NCBI GenBank assembly: GCA_017520825.1 | Contig: JAFXEX010000014.1 | Coordinates: forward strand, 69,118 to 133,117 | Length of the DNA stretch: 64,000 bases | From: Clostridia bacterium | GTDB taxonomy: Bacteria > Bacillota > Clostridia > Oscillospirales > SIG627 | Direction: 5' to 3' | In this document: in pieces, positions 46,862 to 55,177 of the stretch | Layout: each line of letters opens with the position of its first letter | Position numbering within the stretch: the stretch's first letter is position 1 | The notes under the pieces: generated by a model | What the model saw: the letters and a program-made list of their open reading frames with translations, nothing else | Told to the model about the DNA's origin: nothing | Database searches by the model: none | Position numbers and translations under genes: made by a program

Positions 46862-48307
46862 TTAACCCAAAAGACCTGCCGTAAGCTCATATAACTTTAT
46901 ATAGCTATTAGCCGATGACTTCCACGAGAAGTCGGTTCTCATTATCTTATAAACGAGTCTGCGTCTCAGCTCCTCATTTTTGTAGAGCGTGAGCGCTGCC
47001 TCTGTTCGTTCTTTAAGCTCGCCTGCGTTGTAGCCTGCAAAGGTAAAGCCGTTTCCGTTGATTTTGTTATCCTTTATCCAGAAGGGCTTGATAGAGTCGT
47101 AGAGACCACCCGTTTCACGCACTACGGGGATTGCGCCGTAGCGTGAGGCTATCATCTGCGACAGACCACAGGGCTCACTCTTTGAGGGCATAAGGAATAT
47201 ATCGGTAGCCGAATATATTCTCTTTGACAAATCTCTGTCGTAGGTTATGAGAGCTCTTACCTTTTGAGGAAAACGCTCCTGAAGGTAGGTAAAGAACTGC
47301 TCGTAGCGTTCTTCTCCCTTGCCGAGAATAACCAGCTGAATATCGTGGCTTGCTACAATATCATAAATGCAACCTTCAATTATGTCAAGTCCCTTGTGAG
47401 ATGCAAGTCGTGAAATTATTGAAAGAAGGGGCACGTCAGCCCTCTCGTCAAGACCAAGCTCACGCTGAAGAGCCGATTTGCACACTGCTTTTCCGTCGGT
47501 GTTTACCGATGAGAAGGTCTCAGCAATGGAAGGGTCTGATTTGGGGTCGTAATATTTGTAGTCAATGCCGTTGAGTATGCCCGAAAGCTTGTGGGCGTTG
47601 TTGTTAAGGCAGGTGTGCAGACCGTGGGCGTATTCGGGGGTCCGTATCTCCTCGGCATAGCGAGGACTGACCGTGGTAACTCTGTCTGCTTCCTCAATAG
47701 CGCCCTTCATCAGATTTATACATCCGTCGTATTCCATAAGGGAATATTCGTTTTCCGAAAGGGCGAACACGTCACCGAGAATGGAGAAGTCGTACTTTCC
47801 CTGATACTCTATATTGTGTATGGTGAATACGGATTTAATGCCCTGATATTCGGGGCGTTTTTTATATATACGGTTCAGGTATACTACAGTAAGTGCCGTC
47901 TGCCAATCGTGTGCGTGGAGAATATCGGGGTAGAAATCAAGCGCCGACATAGCCTCCATAACTGCCATTGAAAAATAAGCGTAGCGTTCACCGTCGTCGA
48001 AAAAGCCGTAAAGAGACTCTCTCTTGAAGTAGTATTCGTTGTCTATAAAATAGTAGGTGACTCCGTTCTTTTTCAGACTGTATATACCACAGTATTGTTT
48101 TCTCCAGGCAAGGGGAACGGAGATTATTGCCTCTTCATGCATCTCCTTGCGATATTCTTCCTTGATTGCAGAATAAAGGGGAATAATTACTCTTACGTCA
48201 AGGTCATGGCTTTTCGCCAGGGCAGACGGAAGTGAGCCGAGAACGTCACCCAGTCCTCCCGTTGCAGCGAAGGGCATTGCCTCGGCGCCTGCAAATAATA
48301 GTTTCAT
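46862..48307 (-). CDS. glgA: Glycogen synthase
   Basis: It has the N-terminus MKLLFAGAEAMPFAATGGLGDV. The last 8 codons plus the stop (ELTAGLLG*) are encoded by TTAACCCAAAAGACCTGCCGT, a near copy of the La element terminus. Confidence 0.93.
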   Translation of the reverse strand: MKLLFAGAEAMPFAATGGLGDVLGSLPSALAKSHDLDVRVIIPLYSAIKEEYRKEMHEEAIISVPLAWRKQYCGIYSLKKNGVTYYFIDNEYYFKRESLYGFFDDGERYAYFSMAVMEAMSALDFYPDILHAHDWQTALTVVYLNRIYKKRPEYQGIKSVFTIHNIEYQGKYDFSILGDVFALSENEYSLMEYDGCINLMKGAIEEADRVTTVSPRYAEEIRTPEYAHGLHTCLNNNAHKLSGILNGIDYKYYDPKSDPSIAETFSSVNTDGKAVCKSALQRELGLDERADVPLLSIISRLASHKGLDIIEGCIYDIVASHDIQLVILGKGEERYEQFFTYLQERFPQKVRALITYDRDLSKRIYSATDIFLMPSKSEPCGLSQMIASRYGAIPVVRETGGLYDSIKPFWIKDNKINGNGFTFAGYNAGELKERTEAALTLYKNEELRRRLVYKIMRTDFSWKSSANSYIKLYELTAGLLG

Positions 48308-48320
48308 ATAGTATCTCCTG

Positions 48321-48562
48321 ACGGCGTGTCTTTTGGGTTAAAACCGAAAATGAAAAGGTTATAAAACCTTTTACAATAGTTCTCCCAAGAAGTAAAGTGC
48401 GAACACACCACACCTTTGTTATTAGTTTTTGATGTAGAAAGCTTCGCTTTCTTCCATCTGTGAAAATTTCATTTTCTTCGCGTGTTGCTCGGACTGGCGT
48501 ACCCTTGTACGCCTACGCCTTCGCACTCCGCGATTTTCCCTCCAAAACTCCCGCCTTTTACG
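48321..48562 (-). mobile_element. L element copy 3 (La subtype, ACGGCGTGTCTTTTGGGT terminus)
   Basis: Its terminus starts 13 nt upstream of the glgA ATG and directly abuts the glgA RBS (CAGGAG). The full core is present. Confidence 0.85.
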
Positions 48563-48602
48563 GCAGTGTATGGAGAGTTGCGTTGGTTACAAAAATTTAA
48601 TT

Positions 48603-48734
48603 GGAAATTTCCGAAGGAAATTGTCCATAACGTTGACGAAGTCAACATATCGCGTGCGAAGCACATATCGCGTTTGCAAAGCAAACATATCACTCGTCGA
48701 AGACGAATATCACTGCAGAATGCACGGCATTCTG
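48603..48734. repeat. Tandem array of diverse mini-hairpins with GAA/AAA/ACG triloops separated by a constant 7-nt spacer ATATC(G/A)C
   Basis: AATTTCC-GAA-GGAAATT; GTTGAC-GAA-GTCAAC; atatcgc GTGC-GAA-GCAC; atatcgc GTTTGC-AAA-GCAAAC; atatcac TCGTC-GAA-GACGA; atatcac TGCAGAATGC-ACG-GCATTCTG(ta); tatcac. The array ends 2 nt from the glgD stop codon. Confidence 0.85.
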
Positions 48735-48736
48735 TA

Positions 48737-49870
48737 TCACACCATGCTTCCCTTTGAGATAAAGAAGGGCATAGTTTCGTGTCCCGAAAGATTGCGTGAA
48801 TCCTTTATCATTACGTTTTTGTCGGTTATGGTGCAGTTTACCGTGGCGTTATTTCCAACGTAGGTGTCCTGCAAAAGCACGCTGTTGCGTACCACTGCGC
48901 CCTTGCCAACGTGAACGCCTCTGAAGAGAATTGAATTTTCCACGGTTCCCTCAATTACGCAACCGTCTGCTATAAGGGAATTGGTAACCTTTGCCTCGTC
49001 ACTGTATTTGGTGGGGGCAGAGTTACGGAGCTTGGTGTATATACGGCGATTACGGTCACCCCAAAGTCCCTCACGGGCTTCCTCGGTGAGCAGTCTCATA
49101 GAAACGCTGAAATAGCTTTCCAGCGAGGATATATAGGCATACCAGCCGTCATACTTATAGGTGCGTATAAGCTTCTTCTTAAGGTTGCGCTTGATTACGT
49201 CCTTCATAAAGTCGGTGTAGCCGTGAGATACGGAATCGTCTATTATGGCTTCCAGATCCTTGCGTGAAATAACCATAATATTGGTGCTTATTTCCACTAC
49301 TCCGTTTTTGGGCTTATAGCTTGCAATATCTGTCAGAGCGTTGTTTTCACCCACGCTTACAACCTTGACGTTGGAGTCGAAGTGACGCTCGGCAGTATTT
49401 ACCTTTTTGGTAACTATGGTCATATAAGCACCGGAATTCACGTGGTCCTCGATTACTTTACCAAGGTCAATATTGAGAATTACGTCGCAGTCGGACAGCA
49501 CCACGTAGTCGGCGTTACAACGGCTTACGAAGCTCTTTGCGTTTATTATAGCTTCAAGACGGCTTTCGTAAAGTCGGTTTGCCACAGCGTTTTCATAGGC
49601 AGTAACGTAGGGGGGCAAAATCTTGATACCACCCGAACGGCGTGCCAAATCCCAGTCCTTGCCCGTGCCGATATGGTCAAGCAGGGAACGGTAGTTGTAG
49701 TGAGTTATAATGCCTATATTGGTAATATTTGAGTTCACCATATTTGAAAGGGCGAAGTCAACCAGACGGTATCTGCAACCGAAGGGAATACTTGCCATAG
49801 TTCTGAATCTGGTCATTTCGGGAATACAGCCGTCGTGTATGTTTGAAAATATAAGTCCTGCAACAGTCAT
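48737..49870 (-). CDS. glgD: Glucose-1-phosphate adenylyltransferase, GlgD subunit
   Basis: It is a GlgC paralog that lacks the N-terminal GGxGxRL motif, and it occupies the glgC-glgD-glgA position as in Bacillus. Confidence 0.88.
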   Translation of the reverse strand: MTVAGLIFSNIHDGCIPEMTRFRTMASIPFGCRYRLVDFALSNMVNSNITNIGIITHYNYRSLLDHIGTGKDWDLARRSGGIKILPPYVTAYENAVANRLYESRLEAIINAKSFVSRCNADYVVLSDCDVILNIDLGKVIEDHVNSGAYMTIVTKKVNTAERHFDSNVKVVSVGENNALTDIASYKPKNGVVEISTNIMVISRKDLEAIIDDSVSHGYTDFMKDVIKRNLKKKLIRTYKYDGWYAYISSLESYFSVSMRLLTEEAREGLWGDRNRRIYTKLRNSAPTKYSDEAKVTNSLIADGCVIEGTVENSILFRGVHVGKGAVVRNSVLLQDTYVGNNATVNCTITDKNVMIKDSRNLSGHETMPFFISKGSMV

Positions 49871-49883
49871 TATTTTTTCCCCC

Positions 49884-51062
49884 TTATTCCGATATCATAC
49901 TTCCTGCCTCAACGGTCTCGCCGTCGGGCAGAGTCACGTCTGCGCCTATTACTGCAATGCTCTCGGGTGAGCCGTCAATGCCGATCCTTGCGCCACAGCC
50001 TACCTTCACTCCCGAATCGAGAATGGAATAGTTAACTCTTGCGCCTGCGCCCACCGTAACGTTATCCATAATAACGCTGTTTTCCACTATTGCGCCTGCG
50101 CCGATAGTTACGTTCTGACCAAGCACGCTGTTCTTGACGGTGCCGAAAATTTCACACCCTGCAGTCATTGTACTGTTGATTACCTGTCCCATCTCGCCCA
50201 CGTATTGAGGAGCAGAGGCAGACTGACGGGAGTATATTCTCCAGCTCTCGTCGTCGAGGACAAGCTCGGGCTTCTCTCCCAGCAGGTCCATATTGGCTTC
50301 CCAAAGGGACGAAATAGTTCCAACGTCCTTCCAATAGCCCTCAAAGGAGTAGGAGAACATCTTCTCTCCTGCGTTCAGCATGGCAGGAATAACGTTCTTT
50401 CCGAAGTCGTTGGAGCTTTCGGGGTCAAGACTGTCGGCCTTGAGATATTCCTCAAGCTTTTTCTTGTTGAACACGTAAATGCCCATAGACGCCTTGGTAC
50501 TGTCGGGGTTCTTGGGCTTTTCGGTAAACTTATATATTGAGCCGTCGGGGTTTGTGGACATTATACCGAAACGGCTCGCCTCTTCAATGGGCACGTCTAT
50601 TACGGCTATGGTACAGTCGGCGCCAGTTTTCTTATGGTAGTCTATCATTTTTGCGTAGTCCATCTTGTAGATATGGTCGCCCGACAGAACCAGCACCAGA
50701 TCTGCATCGTATTGGTTGATAAACTCCATATTCTGCCATATGGCGTTTGCCGTTCCCTTGTACCAATCAGAGCCGTCCTGACGCTGATAAGGGGGCAATA
50801 TCTTCACGCCTCCAAAGGTACGGTCAAGGTCCCAGGGCAGACCCGTTCCCACGTAGTCGTTGAGGTAAAGGGGCTGATACTGAGTGAGTACACCCACCGT
50901 GTCAAGTCCCGAATTCGTACAGTTTGAGAGGGGAAAATCAATAATTCTGTATTTTCCACCGTAGGAAACCGACGGCTTTGCGGTTTTTTTCGTCAATGCG
51001 TACAGACGGCTACCCTGACCACCTGCAAGAAGCATTACGACGCACTCTTTTTTCTTGTACAT
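49884..51062 (-). CDS. glgC: Glucose-1-phosphate adenylyltransferase
   Basis: It has LAGGQGSRL, a left-handed beta-helix C-terminus, and sits in glg operon context. Confidence 0.93.
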   Translation of the reverse strand: MYKKKECVVMLLAGGQGSRLYALTKKTAKPSVSYGGKYRIIDFPLSNCTNSGLDTVGVLTQYQPLYLNDYVGTGLPWDLDRTFGGVKILPPYQRQDGSDWYKGTANAIWQNMEFINQYDADLVLVLSGDHIYKMDYAKMIDYHKKTGADCTIAVIDVPIEEASRFGIMSTNPDGSIYKFTEKPKNPDSTKASMGIYVFNKKKLEEYLKADSLDPESSNDFGKNVIPAMLNAGEKMFSYSFEGYWKDVGTISSLWEANMDLLGEKPELVLDDESWRIYSRQSASAPQYVGEMGQVINSTMTAGCEIFGTVKNSVLGQNVTIGAGAIVENSVIMDNVTVGAGARVNYSILDSGVKVGCGARIGIDGSPESIAVIGADVTLPDGETVEAGSMISE

Positions 51063-51089
51063 TATGCTTTCCTCCTAATATATAGCCTT

Positions 51090-51335
51090 ACGGCGTGTCT
51101 TTTGGGTGAAAACCGAAAATGAAAGTTTTTTAATTCTTTACATTGTCTCTCCCAAAAGTTAAGCGCGAACACACAACACGAGTGTTGCAAATTTTCTAAT
51201 GTAGAAAGCTTCGCTTTCTTCCATTTGTAAAAATTTCATTTTCTTCGCCCCTCCCTCGCACTGCCGTACAGGTGTACGGCGACGGCTTCGGGATTGACAA
51301 ATCTCCCGCCAAACCTGCTACCTTTTGTAGCGTGT
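51090..51335 (-). mobile_element. L element copy 4 (La subtype)
   Basis: The terminus ACGGCGTGTCTTTTGGGTGAAAACCGAAAATGAAA lies about 28 nt upstream of the glgC ATG, just beyond its GGAGG RBS. Confidence 0.85.
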
Positions 51336-51416
51336 GGTTAGGAATTACTCTTTGCCACAAAAACTTTAACGGGGAATTTCCGAAGGAAATTGTCCTTAAT
51401 TGTGCATTGTGCATTG
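51336..51416. repeat. Hairpin/heptad module (H)
   Basis: AATTTCC-GAA-GGAAATT (51375-51391) is followed by gtccttaattgtgcattgtgcattgttaatt, which ends at the glgB stop codon. Confidence 0.8.
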
Positions 51417-53300
51417 TTAATTTTTAACTTGTTTAAACACTACTGCCGACAAGGGTGGCAGATGTATGCGTATTGCCTTGGAATAGCCACGAAGCATACA
51501 GTCCTCGGTCTTTTTTATACCCTTATTCAGTTTGTTTCCACCACCGAAGTCCTCGCTGTCACTGTTCAGCACCTCTTTCCAGCGTCCCTCGGGTACGCCT
51601 AAAAGAAAGTCGGGATAGTCCACGGGGGTGAAGTTGATTATTACGGCAAGCTCCTTGCCCTTTTTGTCAATTCTCCGATAGGATGCAATGCTCTGCTGGG
51701 CGTTGTCGGCGTCTATCCACTCAAAGCCGTCCCACGTGCCGTCCTGCTCCCATAGGGCAGGGCTTTCAAGATAAAAGGAATTCAGTCGGGCAACGTACTC
51801 CTGAAGCTGAGCGTGCCTTTCATAATCGGTGAGAAACCACTCGATAGCGCCCTCGTAGTCCCATTCCCTGAACTGACCGATTTCGCATCCCATAAAGAGA
51901 AGCTTTTTGCCGGGGTGGGTCATCATATAGGTGAGAAAGGCTCTCGTGCCTGCAAATTTATTTTCATATTCACCTGGCATTCTGTCCAGAAGAGATTTCT
52001 TGCCATGCACCACCTCGTCGTGAGAAATGGGCAACAGATACCTTTCGGAAAAGGCGTAGGACAGTGAAAAATTGATTTTGTTGTGGTGGTACTTTCTGAA
52101 AAGTGGGTCCTCCTCGGCATAGGCGAGGGTATCGTTCATCCACCCCATATTCCATTTAAGAGTAAAGCCAAGGCCACCGTTTTCAAAGCCCGTAACGTTG
52201 GCAAAGGCTGTAGACTCCTCGGCTATGGTCATAACGTCGGGGAAGTCCCTGGCAAGACATCCGTTAAGCTTACCGAAGAACGCCATAGCCTCAAGGCACT
52301 TGTTATCTCCGTAAACGTTGGGCACCCATTCACCCGGGCGCTTGTCGTAGTCAAGGTAGAGCATAGACGCCACGGCGTCAACCCGAAGTCCGTCTATATG
52401 ATATTTTTCTATCCAATAATAAGCGTTTGAAACGAGAAAGCTCTGTACCTCCTCCCGTCCCACGTCAAAGCGTCTCGTACCCCAGCCCTCGTGCTCCATT
52501 CGGTCAATGCCCTGATACTCGTAGAGAGGCTGACCGTCAAACTCGTAAAGTCCGTGAGCGTCCTTGGGAAAGTGGGCAGGAACCCAATCGAGAATGACAC
52601 CGATGCCTGCCTCGTGCATCTTGTCCACGAAATACATAAAGTCCTCGGGCGTGCCAAAGCGTGAGGTGGGGGCGTAATAACCACACACCTGATATCCCCA
52701 GGAGCCGTCAAAGGGATGCTCTGCAATGGGCATCAGCTCAACGTGGGTGTAGCCCATCTGCTTTGCGTACACCGAAAGGTCGTCGGCAAGCTCACGGTAG
52801 GTGAGGTAGGAGCCGTCCTCGTGCTTTTTCCATGAGGCAGGATGCACCTCGTAGATATTGAGAGGGGAGGACATTACCTTGTCTCTGGTATAGCGTTTTT
52901 TTCTGTATTTCAGAAAGGATGCGTCATGCCAAGTATATTCGGGAATGGGAAATATAATACTTGCAGTTTCGGGAGGAGTCTCGGCATAGGTCCCGTAGGG
53001 GTCTGCCTTGAAAAGCTCCTTGTAGCCGTTTTTGATAAAATATTTGTATTTCTGATTGACCGTGGCGCTGTCGCTTACAGCCTCCCATATGCCTGCCTCG
53101 GTTATTCGGGTCATAGGAAGGGCGTAGCAGTCCCATCCGTTAAAGTCGCCTGCAACGGATACGAAGTCTGCGTTGGGCGCCCATACCCTGAAGCAGAATT
53201 TTCCGTTTTCAAGGTGACATCCCAGATAGTCGAAGGCGTGAGTACTCGTTCCCTGGTGAAAGTAGTAGGGAGCAAGGCTTGTGGAATTCTGAGCCGTCAT
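51417..53300 (-). CDS. glgB: 1,4-alpha-glucan branching enzyme
   Basis: It is a GH13 branching-enzyme pattern (GLRVDAVASMLY, MTIAEEST), 627 aa long, and the first gene of the glg cluster. Confidence 0.93.
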   Translation of the reverse strand: MTAQNSTSLAPYYFHQGTSTHAFDYLGCHLENGKFCFRVWAPNADFVSVAGDFNGWDCYALPMTRITEAGIWEAVSDSATVNQKYKYFIKNGYKELFKADPYGTYAETPPETASIIFPIPEYTWHDASFLKYRKKRYTRDKVMSSPLNIYEVHPASWKKHEDGSYLTYRELADDLSVYAKQMGYTHVELMPIAEHPFDGSWGYQVCGYYAPTSRFGTPEDFMYFVDKMHEAGIGVILDWVPAHFPKDAHGLYEFDGQPLYEYQGIDRMEHEGWGTRRFDVGREEVQSFLVSNAYYWIEKYHIDGLRVDAVASMLYLDYDKRPGEWVPNVYGDNKCLEAMAFFGKLNGCLARDFPDVMTIAEESTAFANVTGFENGGLGFTLKWNMGWMNDTLAYAEEDPLFRKYHHNKINFSLSYAFSERYLLPISHDEVVHGKKSLLDRMPGEYENKFAGTRAFLTYMMTHPGKKLLFMGCEIGQFREWDYEGAIEWFLTDYERHAQLQEYVARLNSFYLESPALWEQDGTWDGFEWIDADNAQQSIASYRRIDKKGKELAVIINFTPVDYPDFLLGVPEGRWKEVLNSDSEDFGGGNKLNKGIKKTEDCMLRGYSKAIRIHLPPLSAVVFKQVKN

Positions 53301-53347
53301 ATTATCACACCTCCAAAAGCAGAATACAAATTTTTCCTATTGTAAAT

Positions 53348-53375
53348 ATTATAGCACATAATACAATTTTTTCAA
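53348..53375 (-). promoter_or_regulatory. Putative glg operon promoter (TTGAAA-16-TATAAT)
   Basis: On the minus strand the sequence reads gTTGAAAaaattgtattatgtgcTATAAT, about 47 nt upstream of the glgB ATG. Confidence 0.55.
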
Positions 53376-53704
53376 CACTCCTGTAAATATTTTTGTTCAG
53401 CTTTTTTAAAAATATAGCAATTTTAACAAAGGAAGCGAGAAATATTTCACGAAATTCGCCGTGAATTTATGCTTTTTTAAAAAACCTCAAAAATTTGTCA
53501 CAAAAGCCTCTCTTTTTTGCAAATCAGGGTTAACAAAAATATTTTTTGAAATATATGAAAACAAAGAAAATATTTTGGCAAAATGTCAAAAAAGCACCTT
53601 GATTATTCGGCAACAAAGTTGTAGAATATGTGAAGCAAAGCTTTGGCAATTGAAAATTAAAAATTTACAATCATTACGTATCAAAAGTAATCCTCAATCC
53701 ACGC

Positions 53705-53947
53705 TATAAAAGGCGAGAATTTTGGAGGTAAAATCGTGGAGTGCGAAGGCGTAGGCGTACAATGGTACGCCAGTCCGAGCAACACGCGAAGAAAATGAAA
53801 TTTTCAAAATGGAAGAAAGCGAAGCTTTCAACATCAGAAAAACTTATAACAAGGATGTGGTGTGTTCTCACTTTGCTTCTTGGGAGAGAAAATGCAAAAG
53901 GGTATAAAGCCTTTTCATTTTCGGTTTTAACCCAAAAGACACGCCGT
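53705..53947 (+). mobile_element. L element copy 5 (La subtype)
   Basis: It has a full core. Its right terminus ...CCCAAAAGACACGCCGT is immediately followed by AAGGAG, the RBS of the YitT-family gene. Confidence 0.85.
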
Positions 53948-53958
53948 AAGGAGAATAT

Positions 53959-54792
53959 ATGAAACTTAAATCTATTATACTAACGCTTGTCGGCTCGTTC
54001 ATTACTGCCATAGGCGTATCAATGTTTTACCTGCCTGCAAAGATAGTAAGTGGGGGAGTGTCGGGTGTTGCAACCGTATGCTTTCACTCCTTTGGTATTG
54101 CGCCGGGTCTCACCTACGGTGTGCTTAACGTAGTTCTGCTTGTTTTGGCGGTCTTCGTTCTCGGAAAGGACTTTGTGGCAAAAACTCTTCTCGGCGCAGG
54201 AAGCCTCTCCCTTTTCGTTCAGCTTCTTTCCTATCTGCCACCCGTTACATCAGAGCCCGTGCTTGCAACGGTTTTCGGCTCGGTTTTCTACGGCTTCGGC
54301 ATAGGTACGACCCTTTTGGCAGGTGCGTCTACGGGTGGTACCGATATAGTTGCAAGACTTTTTCAGCACTTTAAGCCCTCTATAGCCATCGGCAGACTTC
54401 TTATGGTGGTTGACGGCATCATCATCTTTCTTTCGCTTGTGGCGTTCAGACAGATAGACCTGTCTCTCTACGGCATTATTGCCCTCGCCATTTCCACCTT
54501 TGCCGTTGATTTTCTCATCTCCAAAATGAATATATCAAAGCTTGCCTTTATAATTACCTCAAAGGGTGAAGAGCTTTCCAGACTTCTCGTCTCCACCTCA
54601 CCCCGAGGCGTAACTCTCATTGACGGCAAGGGATGCTACACCGGGGAGGACAGACAACTGCTTATTTGCGCCTTGAAAAATTCCGAAATTCCCGCCTTTC
54701 AGAAGAAGGTAGAGGACTTTGACCCGGGAGTGTTCATCATCTATTCCGAGTCCCAGCAGATTGTGGGTAACGGATTCTACGTATACCGTTAA
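53959..54792 (+). CDS. YitT-family membrane protein (DUF2179 C-terminal domain)
   Basis: It has a multi-TM N-terminus and a C-terminal GVTLIDGKGCYTGE...IIYSESQQIVGNGF pattern typical of YitT/DUF2179. Confidence 0.8.
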   Translation: MKLKSIILTLVGSFITAIGVSMFYLPAKIVSGGVSGVATVCFHSFGIAPGLTYGVLNVVLLVLAVFVLGKDFVAKTLLGAGSLSLFVQLLSYLPPVTSEPVLATVFGSVFYGFGIGTTLLAGASTGGTDIVARLFQHFKPSIAIGRLLMVVDGIIIFLSLVAFRQIDLSLYGIIALAISTFAVDFLISKMNISKLAFIITSKGEELSRLLVSTSPRGVTLIDGKGCYTGEDRQLLICALKNSEIPAFQKKVEDFDPGVFIIYSESQQIVGNGFYVYR

Positions 54793-54798
54793 TAGTAA

Positions 54799-55042
54799 GG
54801 CTTCATATTTGGGCTAAAACCGAAAATGAAATGATAATTATATTTTGACGATAGTGTGTTCGCGAGTGCAATAAAGCGTGAACACACTTCTTCATTGTTA
54901 CAAACTTTTCAAGGTAGAAAGCTTCGCTTTCTTTCATCTGTGAAAATTTCATTTTCTTCGCCCTTTGCTCGCACTGCCGTACACTTGTACGGCTACGGCT
55001 TCGCAATTGACGATTTTATCTCCAAATCTGCGCGCCTTTACG
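54799..55042 (-). mobile_element. L element copy 6 (Lb subtype)
   Basis: It starts 7 nt after the YitT-family stop. It is nearly identical to copy 7 and is followed by another GGCTTCATATTTG fragment (55042-55053). Confidence 0.85.
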
Positions 55043-55100
55043 GCTTCATATTTGAGAATGCACAATGCACTGTGCATTGATAAAAATACGCTTCGTAACC

Positions 55101-55129
55101 TTGATTTTAAAATTAATATATGTTAAAAT
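55101..55129 (+). promoter_or_regulatory. Promoter of the LRR gene (TTGATT-17-TGtTAAAAT)
   Basis: Read directly. It is followed by the 5'-UTR hairpin TCGAAAAGA-GTAG-TCTTTTCGA (55132-55153). Confidence 0.55.
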
Positions 55130-55177
55130 AGTCGAAAAGAGTAGTCTTTTCGATTATTTTTTACAAGGAGTGACTTT

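Noticed and set aside
48603-48734. Possible CRISPR array, because of regularly spaced short palindromes.
   Set aside because: The conserved unit is only a 7-nt spacer (ATATCRC). The palindromes all differ, and the period is about 18-26 nt rather than 55-75 nt. There are no cas genes or leader, and the array sits inside the glg operon.
53741-53962. Small ORFs encoded inside L element copies. Examples are 53741-53962 (MRRRRRTMVRQSEQHAKKMKFS...) and 54803-55006 (MRSRSRTSVRQCEQRAKKMKFS...), as well as 10063-10317, 48482-48757 and 51196-51414.
   Set aside because: Two copies keep a similar ~70-codon frame, which made me consider a repeat-encoded peptide. In copy 1 the frame is split by the N insertion and shifts before the 3' end. 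In copy 7 it hits a stop after ...CVHAF. Conservation follows hairpin structure (compensatory changes) rather than codons, and no RBS precedes the GTG start.
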